From: Verrucomicrobiota bacterium
GTDB taxonomy: Bacteria; Verrucomicrobiota; Verrucomicrobiia; Chthoniobacterales; JACTMZ01
Assembly (NCBI GenBank): GCA_027624625.1
Contig: JAQBWH010000006.1
Span: 357-64,356, forward strand
DNA length: 64,000 nucleotides
Direction: 5' to 3'
Position numbers and translations under genes: made by a program. Position 1 is the first letter of the stretch; every line of letters starts with the position of its first letter. Below the pieces are notes generated by a model. That model saw only the letters and a list, made by a program, of their open reading frames with translations, was not told the DNA's origin and searched no databases. Shown here in pieces: positions 46,084-55,688 of the stretch.

Positions 46084-48032
46084 AAAAGACTGCTGTGGTC
46101 ATCGAAAACGTGCAGCCCTTGTTGGACTGCGGGCGCTATGCGATCAAGCGCCTGGTCGGCGACCCGGTGAGGATCACGGCGGACATTTACAAGGACGGAC
46201 ACGATGTCATTGCCGCGGCCCTCAAGTGGCGGATGCGCGGAGCCAGGCGTTGGCACGAGGTGCCGATGCAGCACGAGGACAACGATGGTTGGGCGGGGTC
46301 TTTTATGGTCAACACAATCGGGGACTGCGAATACACGGTGGAGGCGTGGCTCGATGGTTACGAGACGTGGCGGGAGGAATTCCGGCGCAAACATGAGGGC
46401 GGGCAGGCGGATTTGACCTCGGAGGCGCGGGAGGGAGCGCATCTTTTGGAGCATGGCGCGCGGGGCACAGCGGACAAAGCCGCAGCGCAGATCTTGCGCG
46501 AAGCAGCCAAGACCCTGGCTGCCGCTTCCCGCGACGCGGCGGCGGCTTTGGCCGCGCAGAAGGATTTGTCCGTCTTGATGGCTCGCGTTCCGGACCGTGC
46601 TATCGGCAGCGAATTTCGTCCGCATGGCCGTATCATGGTCGAGCGCCAAGCAGCACTATTCGCCGCGTGGTATGAATTTTTTCCACGCTCCGCCGAAGGG
46701 CGCGGCGATAAGGGCTCGGCCTTCCGGGATTGTTTGCCGCGTTTGGATGACGCCAAAGCGATGGGCTTCAGCGTGGTTTATTTCCCGCCTATCCATCCCA
46801 TCGGCACAAGCAAACGCAAAGGGCGCAACAATGCGCTGGAATGCCAACCGGATGAACCGGGCGTGCCCTATGCCATCGGTAACCGGCACGAGGGCTGCCC
46901 CCACGGCGGCGGGCATCGCGATGTGGCACCGGAACTCGGAACGCTGGAGGATTTTGAGTGGCTGGTCGGCGAGGCCCGGAAGCGCGGTCTGGAGATTGCG
47001 CTGGATTTCGCTTTGAACTGCTCGCCCGACCACCCTTATGTGGCGGAACATCCGGAGTGGTTCTTCCACCGGCCAGACGGGTCGATCAAGTATGCGGAGA
47101 ATCCTCCGAAAAAATACGAGGACGTTTATCCGCTCGATTTCCACTGTGCCGATTGGAAGGCCTTATGGGGCGAATTGCAGAGCTTGATTTTGTGGTGGGC
47201 GGAACGCGGGGTGCGTACCTTCCGGGTCGACAATCCGCACACCAAGCCGGTGGCGTTCTGGGAGTGGCTCATTGCGGAAACCCGAGCCAAGTTTCCCGAC
47301 CTTGTTTTTCTCAGCGAGGCCTTCACCAAGCCGAAAATGATGCGTGTGCTGGCCAAGGCCGGCTTCTCCCAGAGCTACACTTATTTCACCTGGCGCAACA
47401 CGAAGGAGGAGTTGACTGCATACTGCACCGAACTGAGCGCGGCGTGGTCGGCGGATTACTTGCGCCCGAACCTTTTCGCCAACACGCCGGACATCCTGCC
47501 CTACTTCCTCCAGCAACCCGGTCGCGCCCCTTTCATGATCCGTGCCGTGCTCGCCGCAACGCTCTCCCCGGTCTACGGGATCTACAGTGGTTTTGAATTG
47601 TGCGAGAATGCTGCCCTGCCCGGGCGGGAGGAATACCTCGACAGCGAGAAATACCAGTTCAGGCAACGCGACTGGAACGCGCCGGGCCACATCAAAGAAT
47701 TGATCACGCGGTTGAATCTTGCCCGGCAAGGACACCCCGCGCTCCAGCACCTGGCCAACCTGCGTTTCCACACCGCGGAGAACGACAACGTTCTTTTTTA
47801 CGTCAAGGCGAGGGGAGACAATCTTCTGCTTATTGCGGTCAACTTGGACCCTTACACTACGCAAGCTGCAGCCGTGGAGTGGCCTCTTTGGGAATACGGC
47901 TTGCCTTGGGATGCCGATTACGTGGTTGAAGATGTGCTCACTGGAGAACATTGGACCTGGCACGGGGCCCGCAACTACGTGGCGCTGGATCCCAAAGTGC
48001 GAGTGGCGCACGTTTTTGCCGTCCGCCGCTGA
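46080..48032 (+). CDS. glgE: Alpha-1,4-glucan:maltose-1-phosphate maltosyltransferase
   Basis: The ATG overlaps the kinase stop (ATGA). 650 aa. It has the N-terminus VVIENVQPLLDCGRYAIKR, FRVDNPHTKP, and a GH13-like core with SEAFTKPKMM. Confidence 0.88.
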   Translation: MKKTAVVIENVQPLLDCGRYAIKRLVGDPVRITADIYKDGHDVIAAALKWRMRGARRWHEVPMQHEDNDGWAGSFMVNTIGDCEYTVEAWLDGYETWREEFRRKHEGGQADLTSEAREGAHLLEHGARGTADKAAAQILREAAKTLAAASRDAAAALAAQKDLSVLMARVPDRAIGSEFRPHGRIMVERQAALFAAWYEFFPRSAEGRGDKGSAFRDCLPRLDDAKAMGFSVVYFPPIHPIGTSKRKGRNNALECQPDEPGVPYAIGNRHEGCPHGGGHRDVAPELGTLEDFEWLVGEARKRGLEIALDFALNCSPDHPYVAEHPEWFFHRPDGSIKYAENPPKKYEDVYPLDFHCADWKALWGELQSLILWWAERGVRTFRVDNPHTKPVAFWEWLIAETRAKFPDLVFLSEAFTKPKMMRVLAKAGFSQSYTYFTWRNTKEELTAYCTELSAAWSADYLRPNLFANTPDILPYFLQQPGRAPFMIRAVLAATLSPVYGIYSGFELCENAALPGREEYLDSEKYQFRQRDWNAPGHIKELITRLNLARQGHPALQHLANLRFHTAENDNVLFYVKARGDNLLLIAVNLDPYTTQAAAVEWPLWEYGLPWDADYVVEDVLTGEHWTWHGARNYVALDPKVRVAHVFAVRR

Positions 48033-48136
48033 GGGTTTCTCCCTCGGCTTTCCTTCTCTCTGGTGGCCAAGGACCGCCGCCCCTCACGGGGTTATTTTCT
48101 TGTCGCGTGCGTGTGCGACCGTGATTTTTGGCGTTT

Positions 48137-49303
48137 ATGCAAAACCTCCCGAAATCTTTGGCCGCCGTCGCGGCAGCGTTTGCTCTCAATCTTCCGACAC
48201 CCGCCGTGGCCTGCACCGCATTCCAGCTTAAATCCAACGACGGGGCTCAGATTTATTTCCGCTCCATGGAGTTCGGGTATCCGTTCAATTCGAAGGTGCT
48301 TGTTGTGCCGCGCGGCACGGACTTTACCGGCACGGGGCCCGGCGGCAAACCGGGCAAGAAGTGGACGGCCACCTACGGTTTTGTCGGGCTGAACGTCGCT
48401 ATCGCGCCGACGGTGGTGGCGGACGGTCAGAATGAAAAAGGTCTGGCTATCGGGATGCTCTATTTGCCGGGCTTTGCGCAGAATCTCGATCCCGAGGCGG
48501 CGCCGGCGGACAAGTCGATCGGCAGCTGGGAAGTGCTGAATTATCTTCTGGCCAACTGCTCCTCCGTGGACCAAGCCGTGTCCGCTTTGCAAAACGACGT
48601 CTATGTCGCGCAGTAGGAGTTTGTTCCTTTCAAAGAAGTCCTGCCGGTCCACTATTGGATTGGTGACAACACGGGTAAGGTGGTCATCGCCGAATATGTC
48701 GGCGGCCGGCTGAAGATCCACGACGCGCCGCTCGGCACGCTCACCAACTCGCCGCCGTATGACTGGCAGACGATCGATGTCGGCAACTTCGTCGATCTCT
48801 CGCCGGTCAACCTGTCCGAGCGCAAGCTGGGCAAATTCACTGCGGTGAACTACGGGCAGGGCAGCGGCGCTGTCGGGCTGCCCGGCGACATGTCGCCGCC
48901 TTCGCGTTTCGTCCGCGCCGCGCTTTTCTCGCACTGGGCTACCCCGGCGGCGACTGCGTCCGACACGGTCAACCTCGGCTTCCACGTGATCAATACCTTC
49001 GACATCTTCAATGGCGCGATCCAGTCGGAGGCCGCCGACCAGACGCCGAACACCAAGGGTCTCCTTACTTCGGAGGGTCCACTCCGACTGGTCAACACGG
49101 ACACCACCGAGTGGGCGGTGGCTCATGACCGCACGAACCTGAAAACTTACGTTCGTACGTACCACGGGCTGGCCATTCAGGTGGTCGACCTGAAAAAATT
49201 GGACTTCGACCAGCCGGGTTGGCGCACCATCGACTTGCAAAATGATTTCGCGCCCGAAGACATCACCGGCCAAGGCAAGCCCCTCGCTGGCACGGCAAAG
49301 TAG
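48137..49303 (+). pseudogene. Choloylglycine hydrolase family (Ntn linear-amide C-N hydrolase) gene interrupted by in-frame TAG at 48614..48616
   Basis: ORFs 48128..48616 and 48680..49303 are in the same frame. The translation is continuous across the TAG and family-like (…VYVAQ*EFVPFKEVLPVHYWIGDNTGKVVIAEY…TNSPPYDW). A signal peptide ends at the nucleophile Cys (AVAC-TAF). Confidence 0.75.
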
Positions 49304-49544
49304 GAGAGTCATGGCAAGCGCTCGGCTCAGAGGGAACCGGCCAGTCAGGGGGGACATTCGCCGCCTCCGTTTGGCGCTCAAAGAGGGCGTGACTGGTGGA
49401 ACCCGAGGCTCACCATCGGAGTCCGTTTGGGCGGGAATGGATGGTACTTTCTTTGCCGTCTTGAGCAGATGGGGAAAATCCAGCGTTGATTCGGTCCGGC
49501 TTTCTCCTTATCCAACCAAATCGCATTAGTCGTTTTTTCCGATC

Positions 49545-50510
49545 ATGGGCAAAATCTTCGAAAACATTATCGAGACCGTCGGCCGGACGCCGCTGGTCAA
49601 ACTGAACAAAGTCACTGAAGGCGCCGGGGCAACCATTACCCTGAAGTGCGAGTTTTTCAATCCGCTGGGCAGCGTTAAAGACCGCATCGGCATGGCCATG
49701 ATTGAGGACGCCGAGGAGAAAGGTATTCTCCAGAAAGACACGGTCATTGTCGAACCGACCAGCGGTAATACCGGTATCGCGCTCGCCTTTGTCGCGGCGG
49801 CCAAAGGATACAAACTCATCCTCACCATGCCCGAGACGATGAGTCTCGAGCGACGTACGCTGCTCGCCATGCTCGGTGCGAAGCTTGTCCTCACCCCGGG
49901 GCCGGAAGGCATGAAGGGTGCCATCGCCAAAGCAGAACAAATCCTCGCCGAAACGCCCAATGGCTGGATGCCCCAGCAATTCAAGAATCCGGCCAATCCG
50001 GCCATCCATGTCAAGACGACCGCCGAGGAAATCTGGGATGACACGGACGGCCAGGTCGATATTTTCGTTTCCGCGGTTGGTACCGGGGGTACTTGCACCG
50101 GCGTGGGCGAGGTGCTCAAAAAACGCAAGCCGAGCGTCAAGATCGTCGCGGTCGAGCCGAAGGACTCCCCGGTCATCACGCAAACGCGTGCCGGTGAAGC
50201 GGTCAAACCCGGACCTCATAAAATCCAAGGGACAGGCGCGGGGTTCGTCCCCGACAACCTGCACCTCGACGTGGTCGACGAAGTGCTCACCGTATCGAAC
50301 GATGATGCTTTCGCCATGGCCCGCCGGCTGGCCAAGGAGGAGGGGATCCTCGGCGGGATCAGTTCGGGGGCCAATGTCCATGCCGCGCTCGAGTTGGCCA
50401 GGCGTCCGGAAAACAAAGGAAAACTTATCGTCACCATAGCCTGCTCGACCGGCGAACGTTACCTCAGCACGCCCTTGGCCGACGAAGCACGGGCTGCCGC
50501 ATCCGCTTAA
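49545..50510 (+). CDS. cysK: Cysteine synthase A (O-acetylserine sulfhydrylase)
   Basis: 321 aa. It has the PLP-Lys motif [16 protein letters not shown] and the GTGGT loop. Confidence 0.93.
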   Translation: MGKIFENIIETVGRTPLVKLNKVTEGAGATITLKCEFFNPLGSVKDRIGMAMIEDAEEKGILQKDTVIVEPTSGNTGIALAFVAAAKGYKLILTMPETMSLERRTLLAMLGAKLVLTPGPEGMKGAIAKAEQILAETPNGWMPQQFKNPANPAIHVKTTAEEIWDDTDGQVDIFVSAVGTGGTCTGVGEVLKKRKPSVKIVAVEPKDSPVITQTRAGEAVKPGPHKIQGTGAGFVPDNLHLDVVDEVLTVSNDDAFAMARRLAKEEGILGGISSGANVHAALELARRPENKGKLIVTIACSTGERYLSTPLADEARAAASA

Positions 50511-50514
50511 GCCC

Positions 50515-51180
50515 ATGAAATCACCGCGCCCATCCATCCTTCTGCCCGCCGTCGATGCGGCCCTCGAAATGAGCGAAAGCGATCTTTTCTGGCAGGAGCA
50601 TTGGAAGAAATTCGCCGGCGGGCTCGTCGTGGTTGTCCTGCTCATCCTGGTGACCGGAGCGTGGAGCTTTTGGCAGTCGCAACGGCGCAGTGCGGCGGAA
50701 ACGCTCTACAGCGCCTACGCCGGTCCCGAGGGATGGCGCGAGGTGTTGCTCAAGTTTCCCGGCACGGTTGCCGCCGGCAACGCGCAACTGCGCCTGGCCG
50801 AGGCTCTTCGGACCGAGGGGAAGGCTGATGAGGCCGCGTCCACCCTGGAAACTTTTCTCGCGGCGCAGCCCGAGCATCCGTTGGCTCCGGCCGGTTGGCT
50901 TACCCTCGGGGAAATCCGCCAAATGCAGAAAAATGATGCCGCCGCTCTGGAAGCCTTTCGCACGGCCTCGGGAAAATACCCGTCCTCTTATGCAGCCCCC
51001 ATGGCCTTGCTGGCCGAAGCTCGGCTCCTTATCGCCGGTGGAAGCCGGGGAGAAGCCAAAGCGCTACTGGAGTCGATCGGCACCTCATATCCCCAGACCC
51101 CCGCGGCCATGATCGCGGCCGGAGAACTTTCCATGATCGCGGCGCCGGCTGGAACGCCGCCTTCGTCCTCCGGTCCCTAG
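50515..51180 (+). CDS. Membrane-anchored tetratricopeptide-repeat protein (YfgM-like)
   Basis: 221 aa with one TM segment (GGLVVVVLLILVTGAWSFW). TPR-like A/L-rich helices follow. Confidence 0.6.
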   Translation: MKSPRPSILLPAVDAALEMSESDLFWQEHWKKFAGGLVVVVLLILVTGAWSFWQSQRRSAAETLYSAYAGPEGWREVLLKFPGTVAAGNAQLRLAEALRTEGKADEAASTLETFLAAQPEHPLAPAGWLTLGEIRQMQKNDAAALEAFRTASGKYPSSYAAPMALLAEARLLIAGGSRGEAKALLESIGTSYPQTPAAMIAAGELSMIAAPAGTPPSSSGP

Positions 51181-52241
51181 CCGGCAGAGGCTGTCAGCAA
51201 GCAGGCCGTTTCGATCGAGGCGGTCTGCGGGAACATATCGACCGGTGCCGCCCGGACGAGTTCGTATCCAGCGGCCAAACGCGACAAGTCGCGGGCCGAG
51301 GTGGCCGGATCGCACGACACGTAAATCACTCGGGCCGGCCGGGCGCCGAGGAGGATGTCAATGACACTCGGCTCCAGGCCTTGGGCCGGGGGATCGAGGA
51401 GGACAACGGTTGTCGCGGCGGGACCGAGCGCTGCCGAGAGCAACGCGGCGGTGTCGCCCCTGCGATAGTCCTCGTGAGCCTCGGCGTCTTGTGCCGCCGC
51501 GGTGATGGATCGTTCGTCCCAGTCGAGGCCGATGACGCGCCTGAACGAGGTCCGCAACTTTTTGGCAAAGAAACCGGCCCCGCAATACGCATCGACGAGT
51601 AACTCGCCGGATCCGGCCATTGCGACCACGACTGCCGCGAGGACTTCGGCCGCGCCGTCGTTGACTTGGCGGAAACCCCGTGCGTCGGGATTGGCGCGCA
51701 AGGTCGCGGGGCCCGGACGCCAATATCTTTTCGCCCGCAAGCGGGCCAAGGCGGTATTGACCGCCTCGCCGGCCAACAGGCAACGGTCGAGGTCGATGAC
51801 TTTGCGCGGATCGGTGCCGCGAAACCCGATGTCGGGTGGTTCGATATGCACCGTGATGCGGTTGCGGTAACCATAGTCGAGCGGCGAAGGGAGCGCAGGT
51901 TCGACCGGTGGGTCGGCCAACTTGCCGATGCGGCGCAAAGCTTCGTCGACCTGTCCGCTTTTGATCTCGAGTTGCCGCGCATAAGCAATGTGCTGGTAGG
52001 CGCAACCGCCGCAGCGGGTGAACCAAGGGCAAGGAGGCACCACGCGGTGGGGCGAGGGGGTTGTCACCTTGACCAGCTGCGCCTGGGCCCAACCGCGCCG
52101 GACGCGGGTGATGCGGGCGCGCACGCGCTCGCCGGGGATGGTGAAGGGCACGAAGACCACGCATCCTTCGTGCCGTGCGAGCCCGGCGCCGCCGTAGGTG
52201 ATGCTGACAATCTCCAATTCGAGTTCCATGCCGGGTTTCAC
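51177..52241 (-). CDS. 23S rRNA (uracil-C5)-methyltransferase, RlmD/RumA family
   Basis: 354 aa. It has a TRAM N-terminus, the Fe-S Cys cluster CPWFTRCGGCAYQH, the SAM motif DAYCGAGFF, and the catalytic YVSCDPAT. Confidence 0.85.
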   Translation of the reverse strand: MKPGMELELEIVSITYGGAGLARHEGCVVFVPFTIPGERVRARITRVRRGWAQAQLVKVTTPSPHRVVPPCPWFTRCGGCAYQHIAYARQLEIKSGQVDEALRRIGKLADPPVEPALPSPLDYGYRNRITVHIEPPDIGFRGTDPRKVIDLDRCLLAGEAVNTALARLRAKRYWRPGPATLRANPDARGFRQVNDGAAEVLAAVVVAMAGSGELLVDAYCGAGFFAKKLRTSFRRVIGLDWDERSITAAAQDAEAHEDYRRGDTAALLSAALGPAATTVVLLDPPAQGLEPSVIDILLGARPARVIYVSCDPATSARDLSRLAAGYELVRAAPVDMFPQTASIETACLLTASAG

Positions 52242-52270
52242 GGCAAGAATGATGGCCGCTGCGGGGCGCC

Positions 52271-52756
52271 ATGGCGATGGACTTTAGACCGCTCGGTGTC
52301 CAAAATCGGACGATGTCGACCAAGTTCCCCCGCAGCCCTTACGACCGCGAGGGTGGTTTGGTTTATTTCCCGCGCATGATCGGGAAAATCCGGATGCAGA
52401 TGGCCGGTGACTTGCCGTCCGATTACCATGCCAATCTGGGGTCCGGCTTCGATCTTCGTTGCTGCGAGTTCCTCAATGTCGATTATGACACGCTTGCCGC
52501 CAAGGTGCGGTCAGGCGGTTCGGATGAAGATTTGCTCGAATGGTGTTTCGCCACCGGACGCCGTCCGCAGGAGAAAGAAATTTTTATGTGGAACGAGTAC
52601 CTGCGCAAGTGCGGCTGGAACGACCATTACTCCGAGCGCCTGCGGACCCGTTTGGAGGACCTCGGGATGGCGGGGCGCACCGACATCCAGACCATATTCG
52701 ATTTGATCGAGGTGGACGAAGGGCGCGAACCCGGCGGCGCAGGCGCCGTCGGCTGA
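52271..52756 (+). CDS. DUF5069 domain protein
   Basis: It has PRSPYDREGGLVYFPRMIGKIR and DLRCCEFL, typical of DUF5069 by recall. An alternative start is at 52313. Confidence 0.65.
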   Translation: MAMDFRPLGVQNRTMSTKFPRSPYDREGGLVYFPRMIGKIRMQMAGDLPSDYHANLGSGFDLRCCEFLNVDYDTLAAKVRSGGSDEDLLEWCFATGRRPQEKEIFMWNEYLRKCGWNDHYSERLRTRLEDLGMAGRTDIQTIFDLIEVDEGREPGGAGAVG

Positions 52757-52762
52757 AGCTGC

Positions 52763-53689
52763 ATGTCCGCCACCCGGTCGCTCTGGCGCGGCAGACTCGC
52801 CTTGCTGGCCACCGTGGTCATTTGGTCGAGTCCCCCGGTCTTCCAATATTGGTTGGCCGGGCCTTTTGATCTTTGGACCCAGAATTTCTACCGCTACCTC
52901 GCCGGCTTCCTCGTCATGGCGCCCTTTTTCGGGTGGAGGCTTTGGCGTGCTCCCGGGCGCCTGCCGCTCTCCGACTGGGCCGGATGCGCGGCGGCGGCGG
53001 TGCCGAATGTGGTCCACCAAATCGCCCAGACCGCGGCAGTTGTCGTCCTTCTGCCCGGCATTTACGCGCTCTTCGGGCGCTTTTCCGTGGTTATCACCGC
53101 CGTGCTTGCCGTGGTCTTTTTTCCGGACGAACGGTGGATTGGGCGCAGTGTGAAATTCATCCTCGGCACCCTTTTGGCTCTCGTCGGGGTGGCCGCGCTG
53201 GTGCTCGACGCCGGGCCGCATTTTGGGGGAGACGTGCCCTGGATCGGCTTGGGGTGGGCTTTGCTCGCCGCCACCGGTTGGGCCGTTTACGGCATCCTCG
53301 TGAAGAAGTTCACCGCGCGGGCCGGTCCCACCAGCGGCTTCGGAGTGATCGGCTTTTTCAGCATCGCCCTGCTTCTCCCCGGGATGCTGGTCTTCGGCGA
53401 TGCTTCGGCAGTATTGCGGGCCGGCGCTTGGACCAATTTCGTCCTTTTCGGTTCCGGTATCCTTTCCATCGGCTTGGGCCACTGGCTTTACTACATCGGG
53501 ATCCGCGAGATCGGGGCGGCACCCTCGCAGTCCGCCCTCTTGCTTTGCCCGCTGGGTACCATGGGCCTTTCGGCGGGACTCTTCGGCGAAAGTTTCCAGA
53601 CCGGACAACTGGTGGCCGGCGCTTTTATCTTGCTCGGGGCTTTTCTCGCCTTGACCGCACGGCCTCCGATCATCACGCCACCAGCCTGA
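52763..53689 (+). CDS. DMT superfamily (EamA-like) transporter
   Basis: 308 aa with 10 TM segments and a duplicated EamA-like architecture. Confidence 0.75.
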   Translation: MSATRSLWRGRLALLATVVIWSSPPVFQYWLAGPFDLWTQNFYRYLAGFLVMAPFFGWRLWRAPGRLPLSDWAGCAAAAVPNVVHQIAQTAAVVVLLPGIYALFGRFSVVITAVLAVVFFPDERWIGRSVKFILGTLLALVGVAALVLDAGPHFGGDVPWIGLGWALLAATGWAVYGILVKKFTARAGPTSGFGVIGFFSIALLLPGMLVFGDASAVLRAGAWTNFVLFGSGILSIGLGHWLYYIGIREIGAAPSQSALLLCPLGTMGLSAGLFGESFQTGQLVAGAFILLGAFLALTARPPIITPPA

Positions 53690-53740
53690 ACCGGAGGTGA
53701 AATCACTTGCCCCGGAGCGGATGCGGACAGATTTTCTGGC

Positions 53741-53971
53741 ATGGCCATTTACGTTTACCAAACGGTTCCGGCAACGGAGGGCGAGCCGGTCCGCACTTAC
53801 GAGATCCGCCAAAGTATGAAGGATGCGGCTCTGACCGAGCATCCGGAAACCAAGGAACCAATTCGTCGCGTCATCACCGGCGGGCTCGGGATTATGACCT
53901 CGACGAAGGGTGGTTCCGCCCCGCCACCGCAGGGCGGGGGTGGCTGCGGCGGGGGTTGCGCCTGCCACTGA
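53741..53971 (+). CDS. FmdB-like small protein lacking zinc-ribbon cysteines, with a Gly/Cys tail
   Basis: 76 aa. MAIYVYQTVP...YEIRQSMKDAALTEHPETKEPIRRVITG aligns to the FmdB pattern with the CxxC pairs replaced. The C-terminus is GGGGCGGGCACH. Confidence 0.6.
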   Translation: MAIYVYQTVPATEGEPVRTYEIRQSMKDAALTEHPETKEPIRRVITGGLGIMTSTKGGSAPPPQGGGGCGGGCACH

Positions 53972-54009
53972 TCTGGACGCGGCGGAGCAAGGGCTTTATA
54001 CCCGTTCCC

Positions 54010-55155
54010 ATGATGACTCGTGCCATATTTGCCCTCTCGATTTTTTGCCTGAGTGCCGCCGCTTGGGCCCAAGACGCACCGACCATCACGGTGCGCAAAG
54101 GCGACCGGGTCTCCCTGGCGATCACGCCACTGGGCGGGCCTGCCGGTCCGGCCGTAACCCAAGTCTTGCAAAACGACCTCGATCTTTCCGGATGGTTCCA
54201 AATCGTGCCGGACGCGCGCGGATCTTACGTGGTCGGCGGCAGCACGGGGGGTGGCAGTTTGCAGGGAAAAGTGACCGACAGCAGCGGTGCCACCGTTTTG
54301 GCCAAATCTTACACCGGCACCGACCGCGAGGTGGCCCACCAATTTGCCGACGATATCGTCGAAACCGTCACGGGCAATCCGGGGATCGCCACGACCAAAA
54401 TTGCCTTTGTTGGCACGGCCAGCGGGCCGAAGGAAATTTATTTTGCGGACTATGATGGTGCCAAGGCGCGTCGCCTGACCACTGATCGCAGCATCAGCGT
54501 GGCGCCTACGCTCGGACCCGGCGCGCGCTTTCTCGCCTACACCGGTTACCACGAGGGGTATCCGGATGTTTATCTCATTGATACGGCAACGGGCGCGCGG
54601 CAGCGGGTGGTCAAGGCACCAGGGACCAACTCCGGCGCCGCCATCTCGCCGGATGGCGGGAAAATGGCTCTGACCATGAGCAAGGACGGTAATCCCGAGA
54701 TTTACCTCACGGGCTTGCGCGGTGGTCCGGCCCGGCGTCTGACCCGCACCCGCGGGGTGGAGTCTTCGCCCACCTGGTCGCCGGATGGCGGCGAGTTGAT
54801 TTACTCCTCGGACCAAGGGGGCAGTCCGCAACTTTACCGCATCGGCGCCGGCGGGGGAGGCGGGAGCATGATCGCGACCGGCTATGGTTATTGCACCGAT
54901 CCGAGTTGGTCACCGGATGGTAAAAAGGTGGCCTTCACCGTGCGCTCGGGCGGCGGATTCTCCGTCGCGGTGATCGAACTCGGCGGCGGCGCGCGGGTCG
55001 TCGCGGCGGGCCAAAATCCCGTGTGGGGGCGCAACTCTCGCCACCTCATTTACAGTTCCGGATCCCGCCTCAATCTCCTTGACGTGCAAAACGGACGGAC
55101 CACAACTATTGTCAGCGGCTTGGGTAAAGTCAGCGAGCCAACCTGGTCACTCTGA
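54010..55155 (+). CDS. tolB: Tol-Pal system beta-propeller protein TolB
   Basis: Start chosen at MMTRAIF (signal peptide). It has repeated SPDG/WSPDG blades and the N-terminal TolB domain motif NDLDLSGWF. Confidence 0.88.
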   Translation: MMTRAIFALSIFCLSAAAWAQDAPTITVRKGDRVSLAITPLGGPAGPAVTQVLQNDLDLSGWFQIVPDARGSYVVGGSTGGGSLQGKVTDSSGATVLAKSYTGTDREVAHQFADDIVETVTGNPGIATTKIAFVGTASGPKEIYFADYDGAKARRLTTDRSISVAPTLGPGARFLAYTGYHEGYPDVYLIDTATGARQRVVKAPGTNSGAAISPDGGKMALTMSKDGNPEIYLTGLRGGPARRLTRTRGVESSPTWSPDGGELIYSSDQGGSPQLYRIGAGGGGGSMIATGYGYCTDPSWSPDGKKVAFTVRSGGGFSVAVIELGGGARVVAAGQNPVWGRNSRHLIYSSGSRLNLLDVQNGRTTTIVSGLGKVSEPTWSL

Positions 55156-55177
55156 GTCACACCCTCGCCATCCGCCT

Positions 55178-55675
55178 ATGAAAATGTCGTACTCCCTTTA
55201 TTGCGCCATCGCCGCATTCTCGCTTTTTCTTGTTTCCTGCAAAACCAAGGACCAATTCGCCGGGGCCGATGGTGATTTTGTCGACGGGATGCCACTGCCG
55301 GAGCGGACGGATGGCGCGTCTTACCTCGGAGGTGGCGTCAACAAGGGCCAATTCTCGCCGGTGCAGTTCGGATTAGACAGTGTCGAGGTGAGTGGATCGG
55401 AAATGGGCAAGGTGCAGGCCGTGGCCGACTTCATGCGGTCTTCCAGGAGCGATGTCATCATCGCCGGTTTCACCGACGAGCGCGGCACCGAGGAATACAA
55501 TCGCGGTCTCGGCGAACGCCGCGCGTTGGCCGTGCGGGAAAAACTGGTCGGTCTCGGTCTGGGGGGTGGACGCATCCAAACCGTGAGCTTCGGCGAAGAA
55601 ATGCCGGTCGCCCCGGGCGGCGGCGAGGCCGCGTGGGCCGCCAACCGTCGCGCCGAGATTGGCGTTGTCCGTTAA
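55178..55675 (+). CDS. pal: Peptidoglycan-associated lipoprotein Pal (OmpA-like)
   Basis: MKMSYSLYCAIAAFSLFLVSC provides the lipobox. The OmpA-like domain is GFTDERGTEEYNRGLGERRA...NRRAEI. Confidence 0.88.
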   Translation: MKMSYSLYCAIAAFSLFLVSCKTKDQFAGADGDFVDGMPLPERTDGASYLGGGVNKGQFSPVQFGLDSVEVSGSEMGKVQAVADFMRSSRSDVIIAGFTDERGTEEYNRGLGERRALAVREKLVGLGLGGGRIQTVSFGEEMPVAPGGGEAAWAANRRAEIGVVR

Positions 55676-55688
55676 CCTTCTTTTCTTC

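Noticed and set aside
48080-48100. CCCC-TCAC-GGGG followed by TTATTTTCTT after glgE as a terminator
   Set aside because: The stem is only 4 bp, which is too weak to call with confidence.
49410-50645. 411-aa minus-strand ORF opposite cysK
   Set aside because: cysK on the plus strand has the PLP-Lys and TSGNTG motifs. The antisense product has no recognisable features.
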